Shown: positions 31,342 through 40,506 of the stretch, piece by piece
Position numbering within the stretch: position 1 is the first letter of the stretch
Layout of the letters: each line of letters starts with the position of its first letter
From: Vicinamibacteria bacterium
GTDB taxonomy: Bacteria; Acidobacteriota; Vicinamibacteria; Marinacidobacterales; Marinacidobacteraceae
Direction of reading: 5' to 3'
NCBI GenBank assembly: GCA_964291235.2
Contig: OZ219815.1
Coordinates: forward strand, 1,184,001-1,248,000
DNA length: 64,000 nt
Notes under the pieces: generated by a model
Seen by the model: only the letters and a program-made list of their open reading frames with translations
What the model was told of the DNA's origin: nothing
Databases searched by the model: none
Translations under genes and position numbers: made by a program

Positions 31342-32013
31342 ATGGAGTGGCGCTGTTCGGAGTCCGGGTTGCGGTACCGGATCGCGGATTCGGGGGAAGT
31401 CGTCGTTGCGGTGGAGCCCGGGAGTGCGGTGCTGGCCGAGAGCGGCCGGCTGATGTATCGCCGCGGAGAGGTGGACTGGTCCCTTGCGGCGAGCGGCCGG
31501 GGGATGGTCGGACGGTGGCTGCAGCGGGCGGAGCGCCGGTCGGCCGGGATGGAGGCGCGCATGAGCCGGTACGCGGGAGCTGGGGAGCTGGGGTTCGCGC
31601 CGGCGGTTCCCGGCGAAGTGTCGGCGGTGGAGTTGCGGCCCGGCGCGGCGGACGTGGTGTGCCAGGCGGAGAGCCTGGTGGCGGTCGAGGCGGGGATCCG
31701 GGCCGATGTCGCGCTCGTGCGCCGCATCCGGGAAGCGGGATCCCGGACGACGCTGGCGATGCTCCGGCTGACGGGTGAGGGCGTTGCGTTCCTGTGCGCG
31801 CACGGGTCGGCGGCGCCGGTGGAGCTGGACGCCGGGGAACCCCTGGAGGCCGCGTGGTGGGCGGTGGCCTGGTACGAGGCGACCGCCGACTACCGGCTGC
31901 TGGTGACGGGGGGCGGCGGGATGTCCCGGGAGACGCGGGCGTGGATGGCCGGGATCACGGGACCGGGGCTGGTCGTGCTCCAGGGGCAGCGGGGAGGGAT
32001 GCGGGGGTGGTGA
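31342..32013 (+). CDS. AIM24 family protein (divergent)
   Basis: V.AESG.LMY, GELGFAP..PGEV, L.G.G.AFL.AHG and ITGPG.V.LQ repeats. Confidence 0.7.
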   Translation: MEWRCSESGLRYRIADSGEVVVAVEPGSAVLAESGRLMYRRGEVDWSLAASGRGMVGRWLQRAERRSAGMEARMSRYAGAGELGFAPAVPGEVSAVELRPGAADVVCQAESLVAVEAGIRADVALVRRIREAGSRTTLAMLRLTGEGVAFLCAHGSAAPVELDAGEPLEAAWWAVAWYEATADYRLLVTGGGGMSRETRAWMAGITGPGLVVLQGQRGGMRGW

Positions 32014-32230
32014 GCCGGGTGCCGTCGCCACGGCGCCGGCCTGGCTGCTGGCTTTACCACGCGGCGCGGGACAGGGGGTTTGCCCGGAGCCGCCGCCGCG
32101 TAAGTGTGGGTGCCGCGGTCCTCGGGGTGCTCCACGAGGTCTGCGCCGCGGGTGCGCGAGGCGCAGCCGGAGGTTGCTGCCGGCGGGGCGCCGGGGTCGG
32201 TGGCCCCGGCACCGGAAGGAAAAGTCGGTA

Positions 32231-32476
32231 ATGCCTTGGGGGGATGCGGTCCGTCGGGCCGTTGATCGCTTCTGCGAGCGGGACGGACGCGAGCGCTTCA
32301 CGCTGCGGGACCTCGTCTGGAGCGAACTTCCGGAGATCGTGCGCGCGACGGGGACGCGTGCCGTCCGTCCGTCCCAAGCCCTCGGGTCGTGGCTTCGGAA
32401 ACTGGTGAAGCTGGGGGAACTCGAGGAACTGGCGGACGGGAGATTCCGGCGCCGCCGCAGGCCGCTGTTCCGCTGA
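32231..32476 (+). CDS. Small winged-helix protein resembling the DpnI C-terminal/HNH-associated wHTH
   Basis: W..AV..A......FTL.DL...EL..IV..T.T....P.Q.L...L..L...G.LE....G.F pattern. Confidence 0.5.
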   Translation: MPWGDAVRRAVDRFCERDGRERFTLRDLVWSELPEIVRATGTRAVRPSQALGSWLRKLVKLGELEELADGRFRRRRRPLFR

Positions 32477-32532
32477 CCGCGCCCTATCGCGCTCCGGGAT
32501 GTTCCGGGACGCCCGAACGCGGACGGCCGGGA

Positions 32533-33513
32533 TCAGGGGACCGGGACGGGTCCTGCTGCCGGATCGGCGGGCGGATGCGCGGGGCTGGTGAGCCAGGTGT
32601 TGTCGTCGCTGCGCCAGCCGGTGAGGTAGCGGGCTTCCTCGACCGCGCGCCGGCCTTCGATCCGGCTCATGTGGAGCACGAGGGAGATGCCGTTCACGAT
32701 GTTGCGGCAGATCGCGTCCCACGGCAGGTCGCGGGCCTGCATGGCGCAACTGGCGAGGCGGTCGAGCGCCGACGTGGCGTTGTTCGCGTGGATGGTCGTG
32801 AGGCTGCCGCCGTGTCCGGTGTTGAGCGCCTGCAGCAGATCGGCGGCCTCCGCGCCGCGGATCTCGCCGACGACGATGTGGTCGGGACGGTGACGGAGCG
32901 AGTGTTTCACCAGGTCGCGGATGCTCGTGGCGGATTTCCCGAGTTCACGGGCCTCGAAGCGGACGGCGTTGGGCTGGTGGATCCGGAGTTCCAGCGTGTC
33001 CTCGATGGAGACGATGCGTTCGGCCGGCGGCAGGAGCGAGATGAGGGCGTTCAGCATGGTCGTCTTGCCGGAGCCGGTGCCTCCGGCCACCAGGATGTTC
33101 CGGCGTTCGGCAAGGGTCGTCCGGGCGGCGTCCAGGAAGGCTTGCGGGAGCGAACCGGCCGCCACGAGGTCCGCGGGGGAGAAGCCGCGCTTGCCGAAGC
33201 GCCGGATGGTGATGGCGACCTGGGGTGAGGCGGGCGGCACGCAGATGGCGACGCGGGAGCCGTCGTCCAGGCGGGCGTCGAGGGTAGGTTTCGCTTCCGG
33301 GTCGAGGCCGAGGGGCCGGGCGATCTGGATGGCGGCGCGCCAGAGCACGCCGGCGGAGAGGTGCGGCGCGGGGAAGGGCTCGAGGCCCGCGCCAGCGCGC
33401 TCCACCCAGACGGTCTCCGGCCCGTTGACCATGAGTTCGGTCACGGAGGCGTCTTCGAGCAGGTCGTCGAGGCCGGGGAGGAACCGCTTGAGGTGGGTGA
33501 TGCGGATGCTCAT
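32533..33513 (-). CDS. virB11: VirB11/CpaF-family ATPase
   Basis: ELMVNG, DARL.DGSRV, Walker A GGTGSGKTT, IEDTLEL, LRHRPD.IVVGE.RG and TGH.GS.TTIHA. Confidence 0.9.
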   Translation of the reverse strand: MSIRITHLKRFLPGLDDLLEDASVTELMVNGPETVWVERAGAGLEPFPAPHLSAGVLWRAAIQIARPLGLDPEAKPTLDARLDDGSRVAICVPPASPQVAITIRRFGKRGFSPADLVAAGSLPQAFLDAARTTLAERRNILVAGGTGSGKTTMLNALISLLPPAERIVSIEDTLELRIHQPNAVRFEARELGKSATSIRDLVKHSLRHRPDHIVVGEIRGAEAADLLQALNTGHGGSLTTIHANNATSALDRLASCAMQARDLPWDAICRNIVNGISLVLHMSRIEGRRAVEEARYLTGWRSDDNTWLTSPAHPPADPAAGPVPVP

Positions 33514-35876
33514 AGCTGACCGGCTTCCCGCGCGCGCCAGTAAGGGCGGTCGCGCGGGAGGTAGTGGGGCTTGAGGTAGACCCGGGTGGCGGCCTGCGCG
33601 TTGGTCCCGTCGTAGGGGAGGATGATCGCCTGGCAGTTCTCCAGGAGGGAGAAGGACCGGGAGTGGAAGAGCGGCTCCCGTTGCTCGCGGTAGGACTTCG
33701 AGGTTCCGAGGGTGCCTTTCGCGCCGCCGGCGCGGGCGGTGATGACCGAGAAGCCGGGTTTGGCGGACTCGGTGAAGGAGTAGGAGGGGGAGAGCCGGAG
33801 GACCTTGCCGCACATGTTGGAGGCGAGTTCGGCGCTGCTGTCGTCGCTGAGGGAGAGGAAGACCTTGGTCCGGAGGGTCTGGAGGAGCGTGCGCCAGGCG
33901 TCCTGCCCGGACAGCACGCTCTTGAGCGAGCTGATGGACTGGGTGGCGACGATGGGGATGACGCGCGACTGGCGGGTGAGGGCGAAGGCCTTTTCGTCAC
34001 CGGCGGGGTCGTCTTCCCCCACGGACGCGAAGCTCTGGTACTCGTCGCAGAGGAACACGGCGGGCCGGAAGTAGCGGTTGGGATTGGCCTTGATCTGCGC
34101 CGGGCGGGTGAGCAGCGTCTGGAGCCAGGCGTTCTTGAGCAGGACGCCGAGCGTGCGGGCGAGGGCGGGGTTGGCGCCGGCCGGCATGTTGAGGGCGATC
34201 ACCTTGCCCGACTCGATGAGTTGCTGGAGCGGCGGGAGGCGCTGGAGGAGCCCGGTGGTCGGCGATGCGCCCGGTGGCGGCGCCGGGAGGTCGGCGGGGA
34301 CGGGTGCCGCCGGCTGCGGGGCCGGCGGGCAGAAGACGCGGGCCACGTCCGGAAGGTCGAACATGGACAGGAAGACGCTCACCCCTTCCACGATGGAGGT
34401 GCGGAGCTTGGGGTCGAGCTGGAGCCAGTCGTACCGGTACCAGCGTTCGATGGCGGCGACGCGCTGCGCGTGCTCGCTCGGCGGGTGCTGGCTGTCTTCG
34501 ACGGTGGCCCGGATCCCGAGCGAAGCGAGCCTGTCGAGCAGTTCCCGGTCGTAGGAAGTGCGGACGCGCCGGTGCTCCTCTTCGAAGCACCACGGGTAGT
34601 TCTTGAGTTGTTCGTCGTGGTCGACGTACGCGGTGTCCGGGATGAGGATGGAGGAGGGCGGCGACCCGGAGAGCGCGTGCGCCTGCTGGATCTTCTCGGC
34701 GATGCGGGCGGGGTCGATGGCGCAGTGGTAGAGGTCGCGGAAGGTCACCCATTGGTCGGGGAGCGCGCGGTGGAGTTCGATGAGCCAGCGGATGAGGTTG
34801 GTGTACGCCTGCTGCCAGAAGGGCTCCTTGCTCTTGCCGAAGAGCTGGTTGAGGAGCGACGCGACGGTGTAGGCGAGCGAGTAGCTGTCCATGGCGGTCG
34901 CCAGGGGGTTCCACTGCCAGCGGCCGCCGAGGGCGAGTTCAATGTAGTCGTCTCCCCGTCCCGCGTGTTCGAGGTCGGCGCGGATGTCGTGGCAGAAGTC
35001 CCCCTTGACTTCGAGGACGAGAGCGGCGGCCCGCTTCTGCGGGTCCGCGGATTGCCACGAGAGCAGCTGCTGGGCGAAAGGGCGCATGCAGGCGGAGGTC
35101 TTGCCGGTCCCGACGGCGCCGAAGATGGCGACCCCTGTATAGAGGCCGCGCTCGGGGAGCGTGAGCCAGGAGGGGCGGGTGATTTCGCGCGGCTCGGCGG
35201 GATGGTGGACTTCCCCGACCACGAGAGAGGGCGCGTCGTCGTCCGGTGAGGTGGGCCATGGCGGCAGGGTCCCGCGGCCGAAGCGGCGGTCCCGGCCGCG
35301 GGAGCCGAACCAGAGGCGGTACGAGCTGGTGACGACCATGACGCCACCGAACGCCATGACGGACGGCATCACGAGATGCCAGGTGCGGATGACCGCGTAG
35401 AAGGTGGGGTCTTCGAACGCGATGAGGTCGAGCAGGGGAACGTCGCCGGGCGCGGGGAAGGGATGCGTTGCGATGGACCAGGCGAGCGCGAGGAGCGCGA
35501 GGAAGATGGCGACGACGAGCCGCCAGCTGAGCAGGCGGTTGGCGGCTTCGGCGGTCCCGGCGGAGTGGTCCAGGACCAGGGCGGCCGCCCGGCCGGCGGC
35601 GCGCCGGAGGGGCGCGGCGAAGCCGACGGCGAGGCAGCCGAGCGAGAGGGTGGCGAGGGCCGGCGCCGCGTAGTACCAGGCGTGGAGCACCGCGTGGGCG
35701 GGCGGGTCTTCGAGCGCGATGAGGTCGAGGACCGGAACGTCACCCGGCCCGGGGAACGCGCCGTGGCGGAGCGTGAGGTAGAGCGCGCCGAGGGCCGCGG
35801 CGGTGGGGATGATGAGATCCGCGAGGCGCGTCCTCGAGGGACTCCCCGAGGACCGGAGCGCGGGCGGCGCCGTCAT
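33510..35876 (-). CDS. Type IV coupling protein (VirD4/TraD-like)
   Basis: N-terminal TM helices, Walker A GAVGTGKT, EVKGD, FW, Walker B FLCDEYQ and ATQS. Confidence 0.85.
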   Translation of the reverse strand: MTAPPALRSSGSPSRTRLADLIIPTAAALGALYLTLRHGAFPGPGDVPVLDLIALEDPPAHAVLHAWYYAAPALATLSLGCLAVGFAAPLRRAAGRAAALVLDHSAGTAEAANRLLSWRLVVAIFLALLALAWSIATHPFPAPGDVPLLDLIAFEDPTFYAVIRTWHLVMPSVMAFGGVMVVTSSYRLWFGSRGRDRRFGRGTLPPWPTSPDDDAPSLVVGEVHHPAEPREITRPSWLTLPERGLYTGVAIFGAVGTGKTSACMRPFAQQLLSWQSADPQKRAAALVLEVKGDFCHDIRADLEHAGRGDDYIELALGGRWQWNPLATAMDSYSLAYTVASLLNQLFGKSKEPFWQQAYTNLIRWLIELHRALPDQWVTFRDLYHCAIDPARIAEKIQQAHALSGSPPSSILIPDTAYVDHDEQLKNYPWCFEEEHRRVRTSYDRELLDRLASLGIRATVEDSQHPPSEHAQRVAAIERWYRYDWLQLDPKLRTSIVEGVSVFLSMFDLPDVARVFCPPAPQPAAPVPADLPAPPPGASPTTGLLQRLPPLQQLIESGKVIALNMPAGANPALARTLGVLLKNAWLQTLLTRPAQIKANPNRYFRPAVFLCDEYQSFASVGEDDPAGDEKAFALTRQSRVIPIVATQSISSLKSVLSGQDAWRTLLQTLRTKVFLSLSDDSSAELASNMCGKVLRLSPSYSFTESAKPGFSVITARAGGAKGTLGTSKSYREQREPLFHSRSFSLLENCQAIILPYDGTNAQAATRVYLKPHYLPRDRPYWRAREAGQL

Positions 35877-35941
35877 CCCGGAGTTGCCTTCCCGCAGGGA
35901 TCACTCGCGCCGCAGGCGCGGGCTGGGAGCGACCCCGGTCC

Positions 35942-36145
35942 ACGAACAAAAGGCCTGACTTCGGGGCCGTAGATCGGTAGATCGGAGGGGGGTCGCTCCC
36001 AGCCCCACTCTCCGCCCCGGGGCGGAGAGTGGGATTCGGGAGTATGCGACCGAATGGCAGCGGTGCCAACGGAGTCGATAACGGTCACGGCAGGGACGTA
36101 CGAACAGAAGTACGAACAAAAGGGGGGTGCGTCTTTTGTTCGTAC
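35942..36145. other. Candidate oriT/origin region rich in dyad symmetry
   Basis: Perfect 30-bp palindrome at 36004-36033; 13-bp inverted repeat GTACGAACAAAAG at 36110-36122/36133-36145; further ACGAACA copies near 35942 and 36100. Confidence 0.5.
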
Positions 36146-36181
36146 GGGAGTGGCCCCGGGGATGGCCCCGTCGAGGCTGGA

Positions 36182-36430
36182 TCACCCACGGGAGTCGGGG
36201 GTCAGGTCGTCGACGGCCTGGTGCGCGCGGTGGGCGAGCATCGCGAGGTGCGGGAGGTCGTTCAGCCCGAAGCTGCCGGTGCTGCGCCAGCCGTCGTCGG
36301 TGCGGTAGAGGCGCGCGAAGGTGACGGAGAAGAAGGACCGGCCGTCGGACTCGTTCTCCCAGATGGCGGCCTTGCAGGAACCGACGCGGAGTTCTTTCGT
36401 CGGGGAGTTTGTGTCGGGGGTATCGGTCAC
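36182..36430 (-). CDS. Small putative ssDNA-binding protein (PC4-like fold, inferred)
   Basis: RVGSCKAAIWEN...FSVTFARLY....W.ST.SF..NDL pattern, typical of small mobile-element proteins. Confidence 0.55.
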   Translation of the reverse strand: MTDTPDTNSPTKELRVGSCKAAIWENESDGRSFFSVTFARLYRTDDGWRSTGSFGLNDLPHLAMLAHRAHQAVDDLTPDSRG

Positions 36431-36451
36431 GGTGGGGTGCCTCCTGATGGG

Positions 36452-37441
36452 TCAGAGAGCGAGCACGTCGGGAGCGAGCCGCTCGGCGACGTGAGTGGAG
36501 TAGGCGTCGATGTGGCTGGAGGGAGCGCGAGCCGCCCGGGCCTGTTCACGGATGGCGCGCGCGGCGGTCGTGGCGTCGATCGGACCGCCGTAGGGGGCGA
36601 GGGGGGCGAGGTCGCCGGTGGTCTTGGCGCGCTCGACCGCATCGAGGAGTCGTTGGTCCCGCTCGGGCAAGGGAACGGCGGGCACGTGTTCCCCGCGCCA
36701 GGAATCGAGGATCGCCGCGTTCGCGGCGGCGTCCGCGTCGGTGCGGGTGACGGCGACGACGTGAACGGCGCAGCCCCGATCGCGGAGGGCTTGCCAGAGG
36801 GCGCCGTGGGCGTCGGCCCAGGAACGGATGCGCTCGCGCCGGAGCCGCTGGCGGCCGCCGGTGTCGGCATAGACGAAGGTGGTCGTCTCGCCGTTGCCGG
36901 CGACGGGGTGCTTGAACGCGAAGTAGCGCCGGGTGGAGCGACCGGGGAACGGGCCTCGATACTCGCGGCGAGGGAGGGTGGCGACGGGGACTCCGACACG
37001 CTGGAAGTAGGCCACCTTCTCCGGCTCGGTGGGGAGCCAGGCGAGGTCCTCGTGTTCGAGGACGTAGTCGAGGGAGAGCAGCCGGCGCACGATGAGTTCC
37101 GGAGACCCGCTCCGGCGATGGCGGTTGTTCTCGATCCCGAGGGCGCGGTAGAGCGAGCGCCCGTGGACGTGGCAGATCGCGGTCGGCCGGTAGCCCCGCC
37201 GGTCCGGCAGCGAGGTTTCGCGGGCGAGATGGGCGTCCACGAGCGCCCGGACGAAACGGACACCGGCTGGGTGGCTGAGGTCGTGGCGAGCCTGGTACTG
37301 GCTCCGCGTGAACACGCCGGAGTGGAGGCAGACGAGAGCGAGCCAGTCTGCTTCGCGCTCGGTCCAGCCGAGGCCGCGAAGGGTCGCGGCCCGCTCCGCG
37401 AGCGTGGGAGGCGAAGCGGCGGTGGCGGTCGCGGCGGTCAC
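36452..37441 (-). CDS. Hypothetical conjugation-module protein with N-terminal winged helix
   Basis: GWTEREA.WL.LV.LHSG.F.R.QY and RRLLSLDYVL; embedded in the transfer gene cluster. Confidence 0.55.
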   Translation of the reverse strand: MTAATATAASPPTLAERAATLRGLGWTEREADWLALVCLHSGVFTRSQYQARHDLSHPAGVRFVRALVDAHLARETSLPDRRGYRPTAICHVHGRSLYRALGIENNRHRRSGSPELIVRRLLSLDYVLEHEDLAWLPTEPEKVAYFQRVGVPVATLPRREYRGPFPGRSTRRYFAFKHPVAGNGETTTFVYADTGGRQRLRRERIRSWADAHGALWQALRDRGCAVHVVAVTRTDADAAANAAILDSWRGEHVPAVPLPERDQRLLDAVERAKTTGDLAPLAPYGGPIDATTAARAIREQARAARAPSSHIDAYSTHVAERLAPDVLAL

Positions 37442-37583
37442 GGTGTGGGCAGCGCGGGGAGAAGCTGCCGGAGCCGGTCGGCGAAGATGACGGCCAGCGC
37501 GACGGTCCAGGCCGCGGCCGGGATGACGATGAGGACGAGCACCCCGGCCTGCGATTCGCGGCGGCGGGCGCGCCGGCAGGGAT

Positions 37584-38249
37584 TCATTCGAAGCCGATGG
37601 CCCGGTCCGCCTGGAGGTAGGTGATGAGCAGGCCCATCGGGTTGAAGGGCAGGAGGTCGCCGGGAACCTGGTCGAGGAAGAGGAACTGGAGGCTGACGCT
37701 CCACCGTTGGCGGTCGAGCTCGTTCCCGCGCTGGAGCGTCACCAGGTCGAAGTCGGCGGTGGCGGCGTGCGGCGGCTCGGGGTTCGGGTTGATCCGGAGC
37801 ACGACGTTCTCGACCTGCCGTTCCTCGGACGCGAGCCCCGCGGCGACTTCGGCGACGCCGGCGCTGTCGGTGCGGAAGGCGGCGTTGGCCAGGTCGGAGG
37901 TGAGGAAGCGGAGGGCGCGCCCCCACGACGCCTCCACGGTGGCGATGCGGCGGCTGTAGAAGTCGGAGAGGAACTGGTTGAGGAAGAACTTGGTGGTGGG
38001 GTCGAGCGGGTCGGCGTTCGCCTCGACCGCGTCGTAGGCCAGCGCCTCGGCGCGCCCCACTTCGTCCACGCGGATGACGATGGGCTTGGGGGCCTCCACG
38101 TCGGAGAGCCGGACGACGGCGACGAGCAGGAGCACCGCGAGGCCGGCGAGGCCGAAGAGGAAGGTGCGGAGGAAGCGGTTGGAGGCGACCTGTTCGCCCC
38201 ATATTTCGGCGAACTCCCTGCCGGGGTCCGGTTTCTTGCGGCGCGGCAT
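37584..38249 (-). CDS. virB8: VirB8/TrbF-family T4SS protein
   Basis: Single TM, PIVIRVDEVG and C-terminal NPMGL.I motif. Confidence 0.85.
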   Translation of the reverse strand: MPRRKKPDPGREFAEIWGEQVASNRFLRTFLFGLAGLAVLLLVAVVRLSDVEAPKPIVIRVDEVGRAEALAYDAVEANADPLDPTTKFFLNQFLSDFYSRRIATVEASWGRALRFLTSDLANAAFRTDSAGVAEVAAGLASEERQVENVVLRINPNPEPPHAATADFDLVTLQRGNELDRQRWSVSLQFLFLDQVPGDLLPFNPMGLLITYLQADRAIGFE

Positions 38250-38255
38250 GGACGG

Positions 38256-39395
38256 CTACGCCCCCTTCACCGGGGAGGCGGCGATGGTCGCGCTCCGGAC
38301 CATCATGGTGCCGGCGCTGGCGAGGCCCATAGCGCCGGAGCCGCCCGCGCCGCCGCCGGTCACCAGGGCGGTGGCGATGTCGCCCACCTTGAGGGTGCTG
38401 AGGACCGCGGCGATGCAGAGCGGGATGATGGCGATGGACCAGAGCAGGTGGGTGCCGATGGTGGTGTAGTCGAAGCTGAAGTTGGTCATGCTGGTGATGT
38501 ATCCGACGGCGATGCCGGACCAGACGCGGAGCAGGCAGGCAGCGATGACGCTGTAGAGGCTGAAGGTGAGCAGCCCCTTGAACCAGCCCCAGAAGAGGAA
38601 CTGGAGGGGCTGGAAGACGTAGAAGGGGATCATCACCGGGCCGAGGAAGATGAAGATCGCAATGGCGACCTTGGCGAAGAGGACTTGGGCGAGGCCGATC
38701 CCGAAGATGAGCAGGAAGAGCAGGAAGAAGAGCGCGCTGAGGACCACGCCGGCGACGAGGGTGACGAGCAGGGAGTGGCCGGCGTTCACCAGTTCCCACA
38801 GGCTCAGTTCGTTCCAGGCGGTGGTGATCTGGAGCGAGACCTGGTGGCCGAGGTTGGTGAGTTCCTCGGTCATGGTGGCGACGGTGTTGCCGGCGAAGTA
38901 GGCGGCGATCTCGTTGGCGCCGCGCGGCAGAATCATCGGGAAGGGCATCCCGACTCCGGGGATGTCGGTGTCGTAGGTCGAGAGCAGGAGCCAGGGGACC
39001 CAGAGGGTGAGGACGAGCGAGACGATGTCCCACGCGCGCCAGCCGGCGCCGCCGTAGGCGATCCGGAGTCCGGTCCAGACGACGAGGATGATGGCGAGGC
39101 CGCGCCAGAGGTCCAGGCCGGTGTCGAGCATCGGCGGAGTGCCGGGGGTGAGCAGGTCCACCAGCACGCGGTCGAGGATGCCGACGGTGTTGGTGAGTTC
39201 GTCTTCGGGAATGTCGATCGGGACGTTCGGGTCGATCTGCTGGGCCGGAGCGAGCGCGGCCGCCGCCGCCGAGAAGGCGGCGGCGAGCGAGGCGATGCGC
39301 GAGCGGCGCCGGGCAGGCCACACCGGGCGCGCGCGCCGCGCGCGGCCGAGAGCGGTTGCGGCGTCTGGTGTCATGCGGTCTTCGATGGCTGTCAT
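38256..39395 (-). CDS. virB6: VirB6/TrbL-family T4SS membrane protein (start uncertain)
   Basis: Polytopic membrane protein with LGPVMIPF...LFWGW; Gly/Ala-rich tail. Confidence 0.8.
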   Translation of the reverse strand: MTAIEDRMTPDAATALGRARRARPVWPARRRSRIASLAAAFSAAAAALAPAQQIDPNVPIDIPEDELTNTVGILDRVLVDLLTPGTPPMLDTGLDLWRGLAIILVVWTGLRIAYGGAGWRAWDIVSLVLTLWVPWLLLSTYDTDIPGVGMPFPMILPRGANEIAAYFAGNTVATMTEELTNLGHQVSLQITTAWNELSLWELVNAGHSLLVTLVAGVVLSALFFLLFLLIFGIGLAQVLFAKVAIAIFIFLGPVMIPFYVFQPLQFLFWGWFKGLLTFSLYSVIAACLLRVWSGIAVGYITSMTNFSFDYTTIGTHLLWSIAIIPLCIAAVLSTLKVGDIATALVTGGGAGGSGAMGLASAGTMMVRSATIAASPVKGA

Positions 39396-39571
39396 ACGCT
39401 GTAAATCACCCGCGTAGTGCGTGGCTGCAATGCTGTAAATGACGCGTGTAACGCGCTCCCGTCACGCAGTCCCCGATGGCTGTAATGCAACGTCGTTCAC
39501 GCACGTCATACATTCCTGTCATGCGCTGCCGGTAACGCGCGTAATGCAGTCCTGTAACGTGTTGCTGTCAT
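39368..39571. repeat. Array of short degenerate direct repeats, core GT(A/C)A(T/C)
   Basis: About a dozen same-orientation copies such as GCTGTCAT, GCTGTAAAT, GTGTAACGC, GCTGTAATGC, CCTGTCATGC and CCTGTAACG in a relatively AT-rich gap. Confidence 0.6.
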
Positions 39572-39598
39572 GGGATCCGCGGGTCGCCGGGCTGCGGG

Positions 39599-40492
39599 CT
39601 ATTGGCCGCCGTGGCGGCTCGGGAGCAGGAGTCCGTTTTCGAGGTCGGCGGCGTTCGCGCCGAGCGTCGCCGTGTGGGCCGCGAGGCGCGAGGCCACGTC
39701 GAGTTCCGCGTCGGTCCAGCGGCTGAGGTAGCGGCGCCGCTCGACTTCGCGCCGCTGCCGGTGGAGGGTGTCGCGGACGGCGTTGTAGCCGACGACCTGG
39801 GCGACGGCTACCTGGATCTCGGCGCCCGTGAGCTGGCCGGCCATCTGCGCCTGCTGGAGCGCGGTGCCGGAGAGGTTCGTCTGGCCGCGGAGGTCTTCGA
39901 GGTTGGTCTGGGCGCCGGCGATGAGTTCGGTGAGGGTCTCGGCGGCGTCGAAGGCGGCGTAGTCCGCGGCCATCTGCTGCTCGATCCGGTCGCGCTGGAG
40001 TTCGAGCGCGTCGGCGGCGGCCTGCCCGCTGTCGGGGTGGTCGGGGAAGAGGCCGAGCACGTCCGTCTCGCCGATCTGGTCGGCGTTCGCCAGCGCCGTC
40101 CGCCAGTGCGTGGTGAGGGTGTTCGCGCCGGTATCCTTGAGGTCGGTGAGGACGCCCGCGAGCTGGATCGTCTCGGGGTTCAGGAAGTCACCCGTCCATG
40201 AAACGGTCCCGTCGATCAGCTTCGCCGGATCGCCGGAGAGCTGCTGGATCGTCTGCGTAAGGGCGCCGATCTGGCCGAGCGCCTCTTCGCGGAGCTGCGT
40301 GAGCTGCTGCTGCAGGCGGCTGGAAGTGCTCCGGAGCTGGGAGATCATCGTCACGGCCTGGCCGATCTGGGTGAGCTGGTTGGCGATGATCGCGGCGTCG
40401 CCGAGGAAGGCGCGCGCCGGCACGGTCCCGACGACGATGAGGGCCGGGACGAGAAGGACCACGAGGCCCCATCGGATGGCGGTATGGATCAT
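39599..40492 (-). CDS. VirB5/TrbJ-like secreted helical T4SS protein
   Basis: Signal peptide (ARA-F), ANQLTQI and Gln-rich helices; lies between virB10 and virB6. Confidence 0.6.
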   Translation of the reverse strand: MIHTAIRWGLVVLLVPALIVVGTVPARAFLGDAAIIANQLTQIGQAVTMISQLRSTSSRLQQQLTQLREEALGQIGALTQTIQQLSGDPAKLIDGTVSWTGDFLNPETIQLAGVLTDLKDTGANTLTTHWRTALANADQIGETDVLGLFPDHPDSGQAAADALELQRDRIEQQMAADYAAFDAAETLTELIAGAQTNLEDLRGQTNLSGTALQQAQMAGQLTGAEIQVAVAQVVGYNAVRDTLHRQRREVERRRYLSRWTDAELDVASRLAAHTATLGANAADLENGLLLPSRHGGQ

Positions 40493-40506
40493 GGGAGGTC
40501 TCCTTT

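Noticed and set aside
36004-36016. CCCACTCTCCGC resembles the tRNA-Ser att core
   Set aside because: Imperfect match that is one arm of a perfect palindrome in the middle of the transfer region; better explained as part of the origin-like site.
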